Shown here piece by piece: positions 33,536 through 43,649 of a stretch of 64,000 bases of DNA; the stretch's first letter is position 1, and the number at the start of each line of letters is the position of its first letter. The notes beneath the pieces are model-generated. The model saw only the letters and a program-made list of their open reading frames with translations, made no database searches and was not told where the DNA came from. The DNA lies in assembly GCA_965277715.1 (NCBI GenBank), contig OZ255836.1:3008001-3072000 (forward strand), in the 5' to 3' direction. This stretch comes from Gammaproteobacteria bacterium. GTDB lineage: Bacteria > Pseudomonadota > Gammaproteobacteria > JBCCGL01. The translations under genes were made by a program, and so were the position numbers.

Positions 33536-34315
33536 GTGCTACGTGTGATAACACTGAACGCCAATGGCATCCGCTCTGCTGCCCGCAAAGGCTTTTTCGA
33601 TTGGTTACCACAACAAAAAGCGGATGTTGTCTGCATTCAGGAAACCAAAGCTCAAATCGACCAGCTCGAAGACACCGTTTTTCACCCCAGTGGTTACCAC
33701 TGCGCCTATCTCGACGCTGAAAAAAAAGGCTATAGCGGTGTCGCTGTGTACAGCAAACACCCACCAGTGGAGATGATGCGCGGACTTGGTGACCCGTTAA
33801 TCGATGCCGAAGGGCGCTGCCTCGAAGCGCGATTTACCAATCTCTCGGTGATCTCACTCTATCTGCCATCCGGCTCCTCCGGTGAAATACGACAAGCGTT
33901 TAAATACCGCATGATGGACTTGTTTTTACCCTATTTAAAATCGCTGAAACGCAAACGCCGGGAATTCATCATCTGCGGTGACTGGAACATTGCCCACACC
34001 AACGCCGATATCCGCAACTGGAAAGGCAACCGGAAAAACTCAGGGTTCCTCCCCGAAGAGCGCGCCTGGCTATCCGAACTATTCGATGAGGTCGGTTATG
34101 TCGATGCATTTCGTCAACTGCCACAGCAAGAGCACGAATACACCTGGTGGTCAAATCGCGGGCAAGCCTGGGCAAACAATGTTGGCTGGCGCATCGACTA
34201 CCAAATCACCACACCGGGCCTGGCAGGTAAAGTAAAACACACCGCGATTTATCGCCATCAACGGTTCTCTGATCACGCGCCGTTAATCGTCGATTACGAT
34301 TTTGCGCATGCCTGA
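33536..34315 (+). CDS. xth: Exodeoxyribonuclease III family protein
   Basis: NANGIRSA, QETK, GYSGVA, GDWNIAH, GWRIDY, SDHAP; GTG start at 33536; same pyrE-divergent position as crc in pseudomonads. Confidence 0.88.
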   Translation: MLRVITLNANGIRSAARKGFFDWLPQQKADVVCIQETKAQIDQLEDTVFHPSGYHCAYLDAEKKGYSGVAVYSKHPPVEMMRGLGDPLIDAEGRCLEARFTNLSVISLYLPSGSSGEIRQAFKYRMMDLFLPYLKSLKRKRREFIICGDWNIAHTNADIRNWKGNRKNSGFLPEERAWLSELFDEVGYVDAFRQLPQQEHEYTWWSNRGQAWANNVGWRIDYQITTPGLAGKVKHTAIYRHQRFSDHAPLIVDYDFAHA

Positions 34316-35669
34316 ACACAGTAGCCATACATGGAGCGAGGCATTACTGAGCTACCTGCGCCGCGACGTACTTACTCTATTTTTTCTTGGGTTTTCTGCC
34401 GGATTACCTTACCTGTTAGTGTTTTCAACGCTGTCTGCCTGGCTGCGGGATATCGGTATAGCACATGCAACCATCGGCTTTTTTAGCTGGGTGGGCATCA
34501 CTTTCTCAGTCAAGGTGCTATGGGCGCCGATTGTCGACCGCATACCTCTGCCACTGTTGCATCCCCTTGGGCGCCGCCGTAGCTGGATGCTCCTGGCACA
34601 GTTGTGCATTGCCGTGGCACTGGCGGGCATGGCCGTCACCGATCCGGTGGTATCCATTACACAATTAGCTGTACTGGCCGTATTAGTGGCCTTTGCCTCA
34701 GCGACCCAGGATATAGCCATCGATGCATTTCGCATCGAATCCTCCAGCGCCGAATACCAGGGCGCAATGGCGGCAATGTATATCTTTGGTTATCGCACCG
34801 CGCTGCTGGTGGCGGGGGCAGGTGCACTGTATATCGCCGACTTTCACGACTGGCAGGCCGCCTACTTTGCTATGGCCGCCATGATGGCCGTGGGCATTAC
34901 CACCGTCCTATTGATTCGTGAGCCACCGCGTACAGAAATGGCTGATCCGGCAATAGAAATACGCGTTACGGCGTTCCTCTCGCGCAGCGAGCACCTACCC
35001 CATTGGTGCCGAATAGTGTGCACCTGGATAATCAGCTCGCTGGTGTGTCCTTTTGTCGATTTCTTCAGCCGCAACAGCAAAACCGCGCTGACGATCCTGC
35101 TCCTGATTGGCCTGTATAAACTCAGTGACATCACTATGGGCGTCATGGCCAATCCGTTTTACCTCGATGTGGGGTTCAGCAAATCCGAGATTGGCAGTGT
35201 TGCCAAAGTATTTGGGTTTTTTATGTTGATGGGCGGCACCGCACTCGGCGGGGTCATGGTGGTACGCTATGGGCTGCTACGCCCACTCCTGCTGGGTGCC
35301 ATCCTGGTTGCCACCACCAATTTACTGTTTGCCGTAATGGCGATAAGCACACCAACACTTACCCTGTTGGCCATGGTAATCAGCGCTGACAACATCAGCG
35401 GCGGACTGGCCACGGCGGTGTTTATCGCTTACCTGTCCAGCCTGACCAACACGCAATACACCGCCACTCAGTACGCCTTGTTCAGTTCAGTGATGACCTT
35501 GCCCGCGAAATTTCTTGGTGGGTTTTCCGGTGTGGTTGTGGAAGGTGTTGGCTATGCGTGGTTTTTTATCTACGCATCCGTGATTGGTTTACCCGCGATA
35601 ATACTGGTTTGGGTGTTATTGCGGCGAGAGTCATCACAGGCCCCTGGACAACACCCGGGATCACCTTGA
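34308..35669 (+). CDS. ampG: AmpG family muropeptide MFS permease
   Basis: LGFSAGLP, KVLWAP.VD, GRRRSW, SATQDIAIDA.RIE, ATQYALFSS. Confidence 0.92.
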   Translation: MPEHSSHTWSEALLSYLRRDVLTLFFLGFSAGLPYLLVFSTLSAWLRDIGIAHATIGFFSWVGITFSVKVLWAPIVDRIPLPLLHPLGRRRSWMLLAQLCIAVALAGMAVTDPVVSITQLAVLAVLVAFASATQDIAIDAFRIESSSAEYQGAMAAMYIFGYRTALLVAGAGALYIADFHDWQAAYFAMAAMMAVGITTVLLIREPPRTEMADPAIEIRVTAFLSRSEHLPHWCRIVCTWIISSLVCPFVDFFSRNSKTALTILLLIGLYKLSDITMGVMANPFYLDVGFSKSEIGSVAKVFGFFMLMGGTALGGVMVVRYGLLRPLLLGAILVATTNLLFAVMAISTPTLTLLAMVISADNISGGLATAVFIAYLSSLTNTQYTATQYALFSSVMTLPAKFLGGFSGVVVEGVGYAWFFIYASVIGLPAIILVWVLLRRESSQAPGQHPGSP

Positions 35670-35695
35670 TTGATAGATGGATCAATCCAGCGTTG

Positions 35696-36847
35696 CTAGC
35701 CTCGCTGCGCCAGCGGCACGACCACACGTGGCGCCGGGCCAACATAAATCTGCGTTGGCCGGAAAATACGGTTCTCACGAATCTGCTGCCGCCAATGGGC
35801 CATCCAGCCCGCACTGCGTGACACCGCAAAGATTGGCGTAAACTGATCCAGCGGAACACCCATTTCTGTGTATAAAATACCCGAGTAAAAGTCCACATTG
35901 GGGTAAACACCTTTATCACCAAGACGCTGATTGCAATACGCTTCCAGCTTTTGTGCGGTGGCAAACATCGGCGTCACATCACCACCACGCGATTCAAGTA
36001 CCTGTGGAATAAACTTTTCCAAAATAGTGGCACGTGGATCTTTCACCGAATATTCACGATGCCCCATTCCCCAGATAACCTGCTTTTTCTCAAGGCGCGA
36101 TTCAACATACGCCTCAACGTTATCGGGTGAACCAATTTCATTCAGCATTTCCACTACACGCTGATTAGCCGCACCGTGCAGCGGCCCTGCCAGGGTTCCA
36201 ATAGCGGCGGCGGCAACCATTGAAGGTTGCGCCAACGTCGACCCGGTAACCATAGCCGAAAAGGTCGAGGCATTAATTGTGTGCTCGGCGTGTAACACCA
36301 GACAGGCATCCATAATTGCAGCAAACAATGAGTCTGGCTGCTTACCCGTCATCATCCATAAAAAATTAGCGGCATAACCAAGATCATCGCGTGGTTCAAT
36401 AGGGTCGTAACCTTTTCGCATATTTTCCCACATCGCCACCAACGTACCCATACGGGCAACAATTTTTAGCGCCATTTGGTCAAGATGGTTTTCATCCAGC
36501 ACATCACCCCCCACAATCTCCCGGCTTTCAGGGTAAAACATACCCAGGCTGGCTACTGCCGTTTGCAGCATTTCCATTGGGTGGCCGGTGACAGGCATAT
36601 TTTTCATAATCTCGCGCACGTTGTACTTAACGCGACGACTGTTGCGGTTGTCAAACGCCGCTAATTCAGCACTGGTGGGTAATTCACCGTGCAACAGCAG
36701 GTAAGTTGCCTCTTCAAATGTGCAGTTTTCCGCGAGATTTTCAATTCGGTAGCCACGGTAAGATAAAATACCGTTTTCGCCATCCAGATTGGACACCGCC
36801 GATTTTGTTGCGGGGATGCCAGCAAGACCAGGGACGTATTCACTCAT
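35696..36847 (-). CDS. Citrate synthase, short type I-like form
   Basis: PGLAGIPA, LHAEHTINAST, GPLHGAAN, GMGHR..KDPR, YPNVDFYSG; start set at MSEYVPG. Confidence 0.9.
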   Translation of the reverse strand: MSEYVPGLAGIPATKSAVSNLDGENGILSYRGYRIENLAENCTFEEATYLLLHGELPTSAELAAFDNRNSRRVKYNVREIMKNMPVTGHPMEMLQTAVASLGMFYPESREIVGGDVLDENHLDQMALKIVARMGTLVAMWENMRKGYDPIEPRDDLGYAANFLWMMTGKQPDSLFAAIMDACLVLHAEHTINASTFSAMVTGSTLAQPSMVAAAAIGTLAGPLHGAANQRVVEMLNEIGSPDNVEAYVESRLEKKQVIWGMGHREYSVKDPRATILEKFIPQVLESRGGDVTPMFATAQKLEAYCNQRLGDKGVYPNVDFYSGILYTEMGVPLDQFTPIFAVSRSAGWMAHWRQQIRENRIFRPTQIYVGPAPRVVVPLAQRG

Positions 36848-36935
36848 CGTTGTACCGTCTATCGTAAATGGGGACGCTACCCTACTCGACGGGCGGCCAA
36901 TATGCAATTCTACTAAGATATAAGTAGGTGCTCAT

Positions 36936-36962
36936 AAAAAAGGCGCTGTATAAGCGCCTTTT
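36936..36962 (-). terminator. Intrinsic terminator after erpA
   Basis: aaaaaaggcgct-gtata-agcgcctttt hairpin; T-run on the minus strand. Confidence 0.7.
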
Positions 36963-36987
36963 GGTGGGTACTAAAGGAATCAAAACC

Positions 36988-37347
36988 CTAGACGGAAAAT
37001 GACGATCCACAGCCACAGGTAGTCACCGCATTTGGGTTGCGAATAACAAACTGCGACCCCTCCAACCCTTCGGTGTAATCGATTTCCGCACCTGTCAGAT
37101 ATTGAAAACTCATTGGGTCAATCAGTAGTTTTACACCACAGTTTCCCACTTCAGTATCGCCTTCATTAATGGTCTCATCAAAGGTAAAGCCGTATTGAAA
37201 CCCTGAGCAGCCTCCACCTGAAATAAATACCCGCAACATCAAATCCGGGTTACCTTCCTCATCAATCAGGGATTTGACTTTGGTCGCTGCGGCTTCGGTA
37301 AACACCAGCGGGTCAGGCATTTCAAAATCATCTGTATCTATAATCAT
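36988..37347 (-). CDS. erpA: Fe-S cluster insertion protein ErpA
   Basis: [24 protein letters not shown]. Confidence 0.93.
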   Translation of the reverse strand: MIIDTDDFEMPDPLVFTEAAATKVKSLIDEEGNPDLMLRVFISGGGCSGFQYGFTFDETINEGDTEVGNCGVKLLIDPMSFQYLTGAEIDYTEGLEGSQFVIRNPNAVTTCGCGSSFSV

Positions 37348-37476
37348 TGTTAAAACCCTCTATTTCGCCACCGGTAGGCAATGTGCCAGACAGTGGCTTC
37401 AAGCTGCCCTTCAAAATAAGGTCAACTCAGTAACATACAACCCCTACTCACTACTCTGGGGCTCGTTTCCCCGGGA

Positions 37477-37983
37477 TTAACTCCCCTGAGGGCTGGGTTC
37501 ACTCGGAAACAGTGTCTCACCCGTTATACTGTCAATGGTCGATGCTTTACCCGCTTTGCCCGATGCCTTGGCAGAAGAAGTCTTTTTCTGTACCGATTTA
37601 TCTTCCAGCAAACGCTTTTCGCCCGGTTTGCAATGCACCAGGTTACCATTAATTTCAGCACCCATCGCCATTTCCAGCATATTGTAATAAACATTGCCGG
37701 TAACGCGTGCATGCTTGTGCAGCTCCACCCGATCAGAGGCGTAGACATCACCAATCACCTGACCGTTCAGCAACAGACGCGGCACGCGCACCTCACCTTC
37801 AATACACCCGCGCTCACTGACAATGGCTATCGACGGCGAATCGTCATCCGCCATCACATTGCCTTTAATCACGCCGTGCAAGTGCAAACCACCTTTGAAA
37901 TACACATTACCGGTAAACTCAGTGTTTTCACCAATAAATGTATCAACCTTGGCCGATTTTGTTTTTTTATTGCTACCTATCAT
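37477..37983 (-). CDS. Bactofilin (polymer-forming cytoskeletal protein)
   Basis: Beta-helix repeats TFIGENTEFTGNV.F.GGLH.HG; conserved argC-erpA neighbourhood. Confidence 0.88.
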   Translation of the reverse strand: MIGSNKKTKSAKVDTFIGENTEFTGNVYFKGGLHLHGVIKGNVMADDDSPSIAIVSERGCIEGEVRVPRLLLNGQVIGDVYASDRVELHKHARVTGNVYYNMLEMAMGAEINGNLVHCKPGEKRLLEDKSVQKKTSSAKASGKAGKASTIDSITGETLFPSEPSPQGS

Positions 37984-38678
37984 AATGATTCATGGTTCCT
38001 GGTCAAAGCAGTTTCCCACTTAAATGTTTTCTTTACAGGTTTTAGATGCTCACCTTTCGGCTTGGCAGTAATGGTTATCGATTTTGGCACGAAGCGTGCC
38101 GGAAAACGTATACCACCTGCAAAGCTTTGAAAATATTTAAATTTAAAATGTAACTTATCGGTCTTTGCATCGTCAACATCAGACAACGCATAAACTACCA
38201 CTTGATCATCCAATAAGCCACTAAAGTGCAACGATGACACCCCCACGGCATCACGCTGGTTTTTACGCACCTGTGTCAACACCAGTTTGTAATTGAATAC
38301 CCCAGATTCAACACCCGCCTCTACAGTGAGGCGCTGTATATGCAAGCCCGGGGCCATTTCAGAAGGTGACACCAGACTTCGGTAAAACGCCAGCTCCTCG
38401 CGCAGCTCCAGCGACTGTTGCTGTGAGGCATTTAACGCCACTTTCACCTCATCGTGTGCGCTACGATCAATACGGCTGAAACGATCCAGCATGGCGTTTT
38501 GATCGACCAGCTGATTATTGCGCTCACGCAGGCTGTCAATTTCCTGCTTGAGTTGATCAATATCCTGTTTAAGCTGATCTATTTTCTGCTGCACAATGGT
38601 TTCATCGAAACCACCACGATAACGGCCCACTTCGTACAAACTGTAGCCACCTGTTGCCATCACCGCCAACAGGATCAA
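37980..38678 (-). CDS. DUF6776-like membrane-anchored coiled-coil protein; true start may be upstream at 38741
   Basis: EELAFYRSLVSP, YKLVLTQ, FKFKYFQ motifs; position between argC and bactofilin. Confidence 0.75.
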   Translation of the reverse strand: MILLAVMATGGYSLYEVGRYRGGFDETIVQQKIDQLKQDIDQLKQEIDSLRERNNQLVDQNAMLDRFSRIDRSAHDEVKVALNASQQQSLELREELAFYRSLVSPSEMAPGLHIQRLTVEAGVESGVFNYKLVLTQVRKNQRDAVGVSSLHFSGLLDDQVVVYALSDVDDAKTDKLHFKFKYFQSFAGGIRFPARFVPKSITITAKPKGEHLKPVKKTFKWETALTRNHESL

Positions 38679-38780
38679 TGCAATGGCTACCCGCCGCCAT
38701 GGACGATGGTATTGAAGTACAAACTGTGGTGAATTGGCGATTGTGTATCATCCCCGTAAGTAATGTAATTTATTCATAAT

Positions 38781-39815
38781 TCACGGCACCAGTGGCGCCA
38801 TCGACAAACCCGTGCACTCATCAAACCCGAACATGATATTCATGTTTTGTACCGCCTGACCGGCTGCACCTTTAACCAGATTATCTTCTACGACCAGTAT
38901 TACCACACGCCTGCCATTGCCTGGCCGGTGTAGCGCAATCCGGCACACATTGGCGCCGCGCACCGAGCGCGTTTCCGGGTGCGAGCCAGGCGGCATAACA
39001 TCGACAAACGGCTCATCGGCAAAACGTGCCTCAAACAGCGCCTGCACATCGATGTCCTGTGTCAGTTCGGCGTACAGGGTAGCGTGAATACCGCGAATCA
39101 TCGGCACCAGATGTGGCACAAATGTCAAATCGACCGGAACATTGGCAAACTGCTGCAAACCTTGGGTAATTTCCGGTTGGTGACGATGCCCGGAAGCTGC
39201 GTAGGCTTTCAGGCTATCCGCCGTTTCACACAGCAATGTCGCCACACTGGCGCCCCGCCCCGCACCACTGACACCCGATTTGGCATCGGCGATCAGGCGT
39301 GAGCAATCGACAGCGTCGCTTTCCAGTAGCGGTAAAAAACCCAGTTGTACCGCCGTGGGATAACAACCTGGATTGGCGATAATACGCGCACCGCGTATCG
39401 CTTCGCGGTTGACTTCCGGTAGACCATACACCGACTCGGGCAGCAGCTCTGGCGAGGCGTGCTGCATACCGTACCACTGGCGCCACACGACAGCATCCTG
39501 AAGGCGGTAATCAGCCGAAAAGTCGACAATGCGCACACCCGCATCCAATAATGTCGGCGCCGCTTTCATCGCGACGCCATTGGGCGTGGCAAAAAACACC
39601 AGATCACAGTGGGTTAGCGGGGTATCGTCTGGCGATGAAAATACCAGGTCGGTTTGTCCACGCAGGCTCGGAAACAGCTCATCCACCCGCTGCCCGGCAT
39701 TGCCCCGCGAGGTAATAGCACTGACCTGCGCCTGAGGGTGGCCCGCCAAAATGCGCATTAACTCGACACCGCTGTAGCCTGTCCCCCCAACAATACCTAC
39801 TGTAATTTTATCCAT
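38781..39815 (-). CDS. argC: N-acetyl-gamma-glutamyl-phosphate reductase
   Basis: [40 protein letters not shown]. Confidence 0.97.
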   Translation of the reverse strand: MDKITVGIVGGTGYSGVELMRILAGHPQAQVSAITSRGNAGQRVDELFPSLRGQTDLVFSSPDDTPLTHCDLVFFATPNGVAMKAAPTLLDAGVRIVDFSADYRLQDAVVWRQWYGMQHASPELLPESVYGLPEVNREAIRGARIIANPGCYPTAVQLGFLPLLESDAVDCSRLIADAKSGVSGAGRGASVATLLCETADSLKAYAASGHRHQPEITQGLQQFANVPVDLTFVPHLVPMIRGIHATLYAELTQDIDVQALFEARFADEPFVDVMPPGSHPETRSVRGANVCRIALHRPGNGRRVVILVVEDNLVKGAAGQAVQNMNIMFGFDECTGLSMAPLVP

Positions 39816-39824
39816 AGAGCGCGC

Positions 39825-40079
39825 TTAATGACCCAACAACGGGTCTAACTCACCGAGACTATCCAACGCCGCAAGGTCGTCGTAACCACCGATATGGCGC
39901 TCATCGATAAAGATTTGCGGCACACTGTCGCGCTGGCTGCGCGCAATCATTTCGTCATACACCGCCTGGCTATCGACAACAATCGATTCAAACGCCGCCG
40001 ATTTACGCATCAGCAATTGTTTCGCCATTTTGCAGTAAGGGCAGGCTGGGGATTCGTAGATAACAATCGATGCAGACAT
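39825..40079 (-). CDS. grxC: Glutaredoxin 3
   Basis: CPYC, SVPQIFI, GGYDDL. Confidence 0.92.
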   Translation of the reverse strand: MSASIVIYESPACPYCKMAKQLLMRKSAAFESIVVDSQAVYDEMIARSQRDSVPQIFIDERHIGGYDDLAALDSLGELDPLLGH

Positions 40080-40099
40080 AATGCGTATTTACTCGCCCG

Positions 40100-40525
40100 T
40101 TATTTACTGACAAGTGGCAAATTGGCTTTTTCCCACGCGGCAATACCACCGTTTAGCGTATAGAGATCCGTAAACCCGGCTTTACGCAGCACACTACACG
40201 CCTTACCGGCACGCATACCGTTCTCACAATAGACGATAATGGGCTTCTGTTTGTATTTGGACAGTTCGCTGGATTTATCCGCCAGTCCTTTAATGGGAAT
40301 ATTTTTGGCATCAATCAAGTGGCCATTTTTAAACTGTTGGTTATCGCGCACATCCAAAAACAGCGCATCACCATCATTTTGCAGGCGCGTCGCCTGACCG
40401 ACCGAGAGTGCACTGCCCGCCGAGGCGGCGCGCTGGTATTCAGTGTAGATAATCATCCCCATCGTCAGACCTAATGCGCCAAACAGAAACGGGTGATTTC
40501 CAAAAAATTCGATATATTGTGCCAT
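40100..40525 (-). CDS. Rhodanese-like protein (YibN type)
   Basis: N-terminal TM, LDVR...F..GH, VYCENG.RA, LNGGIAAW. Confidence 0.9.
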   Translation of the reverse strand: MAQYIEFFGNHPFLFGALGLTMGMIIYTEYQRAASAGSALSVGQATRLQNDGDALFLDVRDNQQFKNGHLIDAKNIPIKGLADKSSELSKYKQKPIIVYCENGMRAGKACSVLRKAGFTDLYTLNGGIAAWEKANLPLVSK

Positions 40526-40707
40526 GTGTATGTTCAGACTCGCAGGGGTCAACGGCAAATGAAGAGAAACACATCACCCATACACTTGCCGTCGAGAGCG
40601 GGCTAGTATAGGAGGAATTGGCCATAGTGCAATATTGACAACACACCCGCATTCGATTTATGTATAAATAACAGTATCATTCGCGCCCCAGCCAACTGAT
40701 ACCTCCG

Positions 40708-41640
40708 ATGGAATTAACCCTTATTCTGATTGCTGCCGTAGTAATCGACACCTGCCTGGGCGAGCCAACGCGCTATCACCCGCTGGTAGGGTTTGGCCAT
40801 TTTGCCCATTGGATCGAGCGGGTGCTTTACCCAGCCGATACTGCCCCCCACAGACAACAATTAGTACGTGGTACCGCCGCGCTGGTATGCGCTGTAACCC
40901 CTGTGGCGGCCATTGCGGTCAGTCTGTACTACCTGACCAACGGCATCGTCTACTGGCTGATTTGCACACTGATTGTGTACCTGGCGATTGGCCATGCCAG
41001 CCTGCGTACGCATGCACTGGCGGTGGTTGATGCCCTGGTACAGAGGGACCTTGTTAACTCACGCAAGGCCGTCAGCTATCTGGTCAGCCGCGATACAGAC
41101 ACCCTCGATGCGCAGGCGGTCAGCGCCGCAACCATCGAATCTGTATTGGAAAACGGCAATGATGCGGTGTTTGCCGCACTGTTCTGGTTTATCATCGCCG
41201 GTATTCCCGGTATCGTGATTTACCGGCTGGTCAACACCCTGGACGCCATGTGGGGTTACAAAAATACCCGCTACCACTATTTTGGCCGCGCCACCGCAAA
41301 GCTGGATGATTGGCTCAACTACCTGCCCGCCAGACTCACCGCCACCAGCTACGCGCTGCTCGGCAATACCCGTGCGGCGATCCACTGCTGGCGCACCCAG
41401 GGCACTGCCTGGAAAAGCCCAAACGCCGGGCCGGTGATGGCCGCTGGTGCGGGCGCCCTGCAAGTGCACTTGGGAAGAGCTGCGCACTATCACGGCACAC
41501 TGCAACAGCGGCCACCATTGGGTTGTGGTGAGCTGCCAGGCACCATCGATATTCGCCGCGCATTGACACTGGTATTGCACACGCTATTGCTCTGGCTGGG
41601 GGTAATTGCGGGTATCGCCCTACTGGTTAGCATAAGGTAG
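40708..41640 (+). CDS. cbiB: Adenosylcobinamide-phosphate synthase CbiB/CobD
   Basis: GEP..YHPLVGFG, VSRDT, ESVLENGNDA, NTLDAMWGY, SPNAG. Confidence 0.93.
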   Translation: MELTLILIAAVVIDTCLGEPTRYHPLVGFGHFAHWIERVLYPADTAPHRQQLVRGTAALVCAVTPVAAIAVSLYYLTNGIVYWLICTLIVYLAIGHASLRTHALAVVDALVQRDLVNSRKAVSYLVSRDTDTLDAQAVSAATIESVLENGNDAVFAALFWFIIAGIPGIVIYRLVNTLDAMWGYKNTRYHYFGRATAKLDDWLNYLPARLTATSYALLGNTRAAIHCWRTQGTAWKSPNAGPVMAAGAGALQVHLGRAAHYHGTLQQRPPLGCGELPGTIDIRRALTLVLHTLLLWLGVIAGIALLVSIR

Positions 41641-41678
41641 AGAGTGTTTAACTACTTTGTGCTACTGTCTATTTCAAT

Positions 41679-41773
41679 CTTGCATTAGCCAGTTGAACCT
41701 ACTACGAATATCTAATGTGCTTTGTATTCAGCACCTTAAATATTCTCACTACGATTCAACTGATTAATTCAGG
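41679..41773. repeat. Repeat family B, degenerate copy
   Basis: Ends cttgcattagccagttgaacc and gattcaactgattaattcagg, plus internal ttcagcacctta...ctcactacga, match 57714-57834. Confidence 0.75.
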
Positions 41774-41798
41774 CTAACGTAAACCGGGCAAAACGGGT

Positions 41799-42971
41799 AT
41801 GAGCGAACACACCATCCTCTTTTCCATATTTTTGATCTTCACCGGTGCTGCCGTAATAGCCACCGTGGCCCTGTATGCCCGACAGGCGCTGCTGGTCGCG
41901 TACATCGCGCTCGGCGTGCTACTCGGCCCCTGGGGTTTTGCCCTGATTACCGACGCCAGTCTGATCGCCGATTTTGCCAATATCGGCATTATCTTTTTAC
42001 TGTTCCTGCTCGGCCTAAACCTCGAACCCCGCGACCTAACGCGCCTGTTTCGCGAGGCCACAGTCGTCACCGCGTTGTCATCTGCCCTGTTTGCCCTGAT
42101 CGGCTTCGGCATCGCCCTGGTATTTGATTACAGCCTGACAGACAGCGTACTGATCGGCGCGGCGATGATGTTTTCCAGCACCATCATCGGGTTAAAACTG
42201 CTCCCCACCAGTGCATTGCACCACCAACATATGGGCGAAATCATCGTCAGCATCCTGCTGCTGCAGGACATGGTTGCCGTACTGATTTTACTGTTGTTGC
42301 AGGGTCTGGGCCAAAGCAGTGGCGCACCGTTTAAAGACATCGCCACGCTGCTGATTGCCCTGCCGCTGTTATTTGGCCTGTCTTTCGCCTTTGCAAAGTA
42401 CGTGTTGTTTCGTTTACTACTGACCTTTGATGCCATCAAAGAATACATCTTCCTACTCACCATTGGCTGGTGCCTGGGCATTGCCCAGCTCGCCCACACG
42501 CTGGGCTTATCGTATGAAATTGGCGCCTTTATCGCGGGTGTTTCACTCGCCACCAACCCCATCTGTCGCTATATCGCCGAAAGCCTCAAGCCCCTGCGGG
42601 ACTTCTTCCTGATTATGTTTTTCTTTGCGCTGGGGGCCGGATTTAATCTTGGTGGCCTCGGCGAGGTACTTCTCCCGGCCGTATTACTGGCGGCGTCGGC
42701 TATCGCCTGCAAACCACTTATCTTCAAAACCTTGCTTAAACTGGAAAAGGAAAAAGAGCGGCTGGCTGGTGAGATTGGTGTGCGGCTGGGCCAGATCAGT
42801 GAATTCTCACTATTGATTGCCGTGGTGGCGGTGGAATCGGCGGTCATGTCCGCCTCAGCTTCATCGTTAATTCAGGCGGCGGCGATTCTTTCCTTTATTG
42901 TCTCGTCATACTGGATTGTGTTGCGCTACCCAACGCCGATTGCAGTAGATGAAAAATTGCGTAGAGATTAA
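41799..42971 (+). CDS. Cation:proton antiporter (CPA2 family)
   Basis: GIIFLLFLLGL, FSST, LLLQD, GAFIAG, QISEFS; many TM helices. Confidence 0.9.
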   Translation: MSEHTILFSIFLIFTGAAVIATVALYARQALLVAYIALGVLLGPWGFALITDASLIADFANIGIIFLLFLLGLNLEPRDLTRLFREATVVTALSSALFALIGFGIALVFDYSLTDSVLIGAAMMFSSTIIGLKLLPTSALHHQHMGEIIVSILLLQDMVAVLILLLLQGLGQSSGAPFKDIATLLIALPLLFGLSFAFAKYVLFRLLLTFDAIKEYIFLLTIGWCLGIAQLAHTLGLSYEIGAFIAGVSLATNPICRYIAESLKPLRDFFLIMFFFALGAGFNLGGLGEVLLPAVLLAASAIACKPLIFKTLLKLEKEKERLAGEIGVRLGQISEFSLLIAVVAVESAVMSASASSLIQAAAILSFIVSSYWIVLRYPTPIAVDEKLRRD

Positions 42972-43034
42972 TCGATACTTAGTAGCGTGCCTGAATACAA
43001 CAAAAATCTACTGTTTGTAGCTGCTTTGCACGCA

Positions 43035-43071
43035 TTCCCTCACTACGGGCACCTAAACCCAACAGGCTCCT
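43035..43071. repeat. Repeat family A, terminal fragment
   Basis: ttccctcactacgggcacctaaacccaacaggctcct resembles the reverse complement of the family A left end. Confidence 0.75.
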
Positions 43072-43079
43072 GGGAACGA

Positions 43080-43649
43080 CTAATCCAGCGCCAGCAACGG
43101 CACCAACAACCCCTGTATTTGCTGATAGTCAAGTTCCCCACGCGGTGCAACACCCGCTATCGCCCCATCCCGCCCAATCACAATCGTAAAGGGCAGCGTG
43201 GCATGTTGATTGCCTAACTGTTTCATCAACTGACTTACGTTCCGCTGACCGTAAAGCTGCGGATAGGTCACCTTTTTATCATGCAGAAAATCGCGGATAT
43301 TGCCCGGCTCATCAAGCGCAACACCAATAACCTGCACACCCTTTTCGTGGTAATCGCGGTGGATTTTTTGTAGCGCAGGAATTTCGCGCACACACGGCGG
43401 GCACCAGCTTGCCCAAAAGTTAATCAGCAGTATATTGCCATCCCATTGTGCAATGTGTTGTAACTGGCCATCGAGGTCTACCAGTGAAAAATCAGGCCGT
43501 TGATCACCGATACGCAACACCGCAGTCTTTTCTACACCGTCCCTGACGCTGTGACCTTGTAGCACCTGATGCAAATAAAAGCCCACCATACCACTGACAA
43601 TGGCAAGGCCAAATGCCAGCGCAAAAAAACCAGGGGTGTTGGTTTTCAA
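43080..43649 (-). CDS. TlpA family thiol:disulfide oxidoreductase
   Basis: NFWASWCPPC..EIP; N-terminal TM; start overlaps the dsbD stop. Confidence 0.9.
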   Translation of the reverse strand: MKTNTPGFFALAFGLAIVSGMVGFYLHQVLQGHSVRDGVEKTAVLRIGDQRPDFSLVDLDGQLQHIAQWDGNILLINFWASWCPPCVREIPALQKIHRDYHEKGVQVIGVALDEPGNIRDFLHDKKVTYPQLYGQRNVSQLMKQLGNQHATLPFTIVIGRDGAIAGVAPRGELDYQQIQGLLVPLLALD

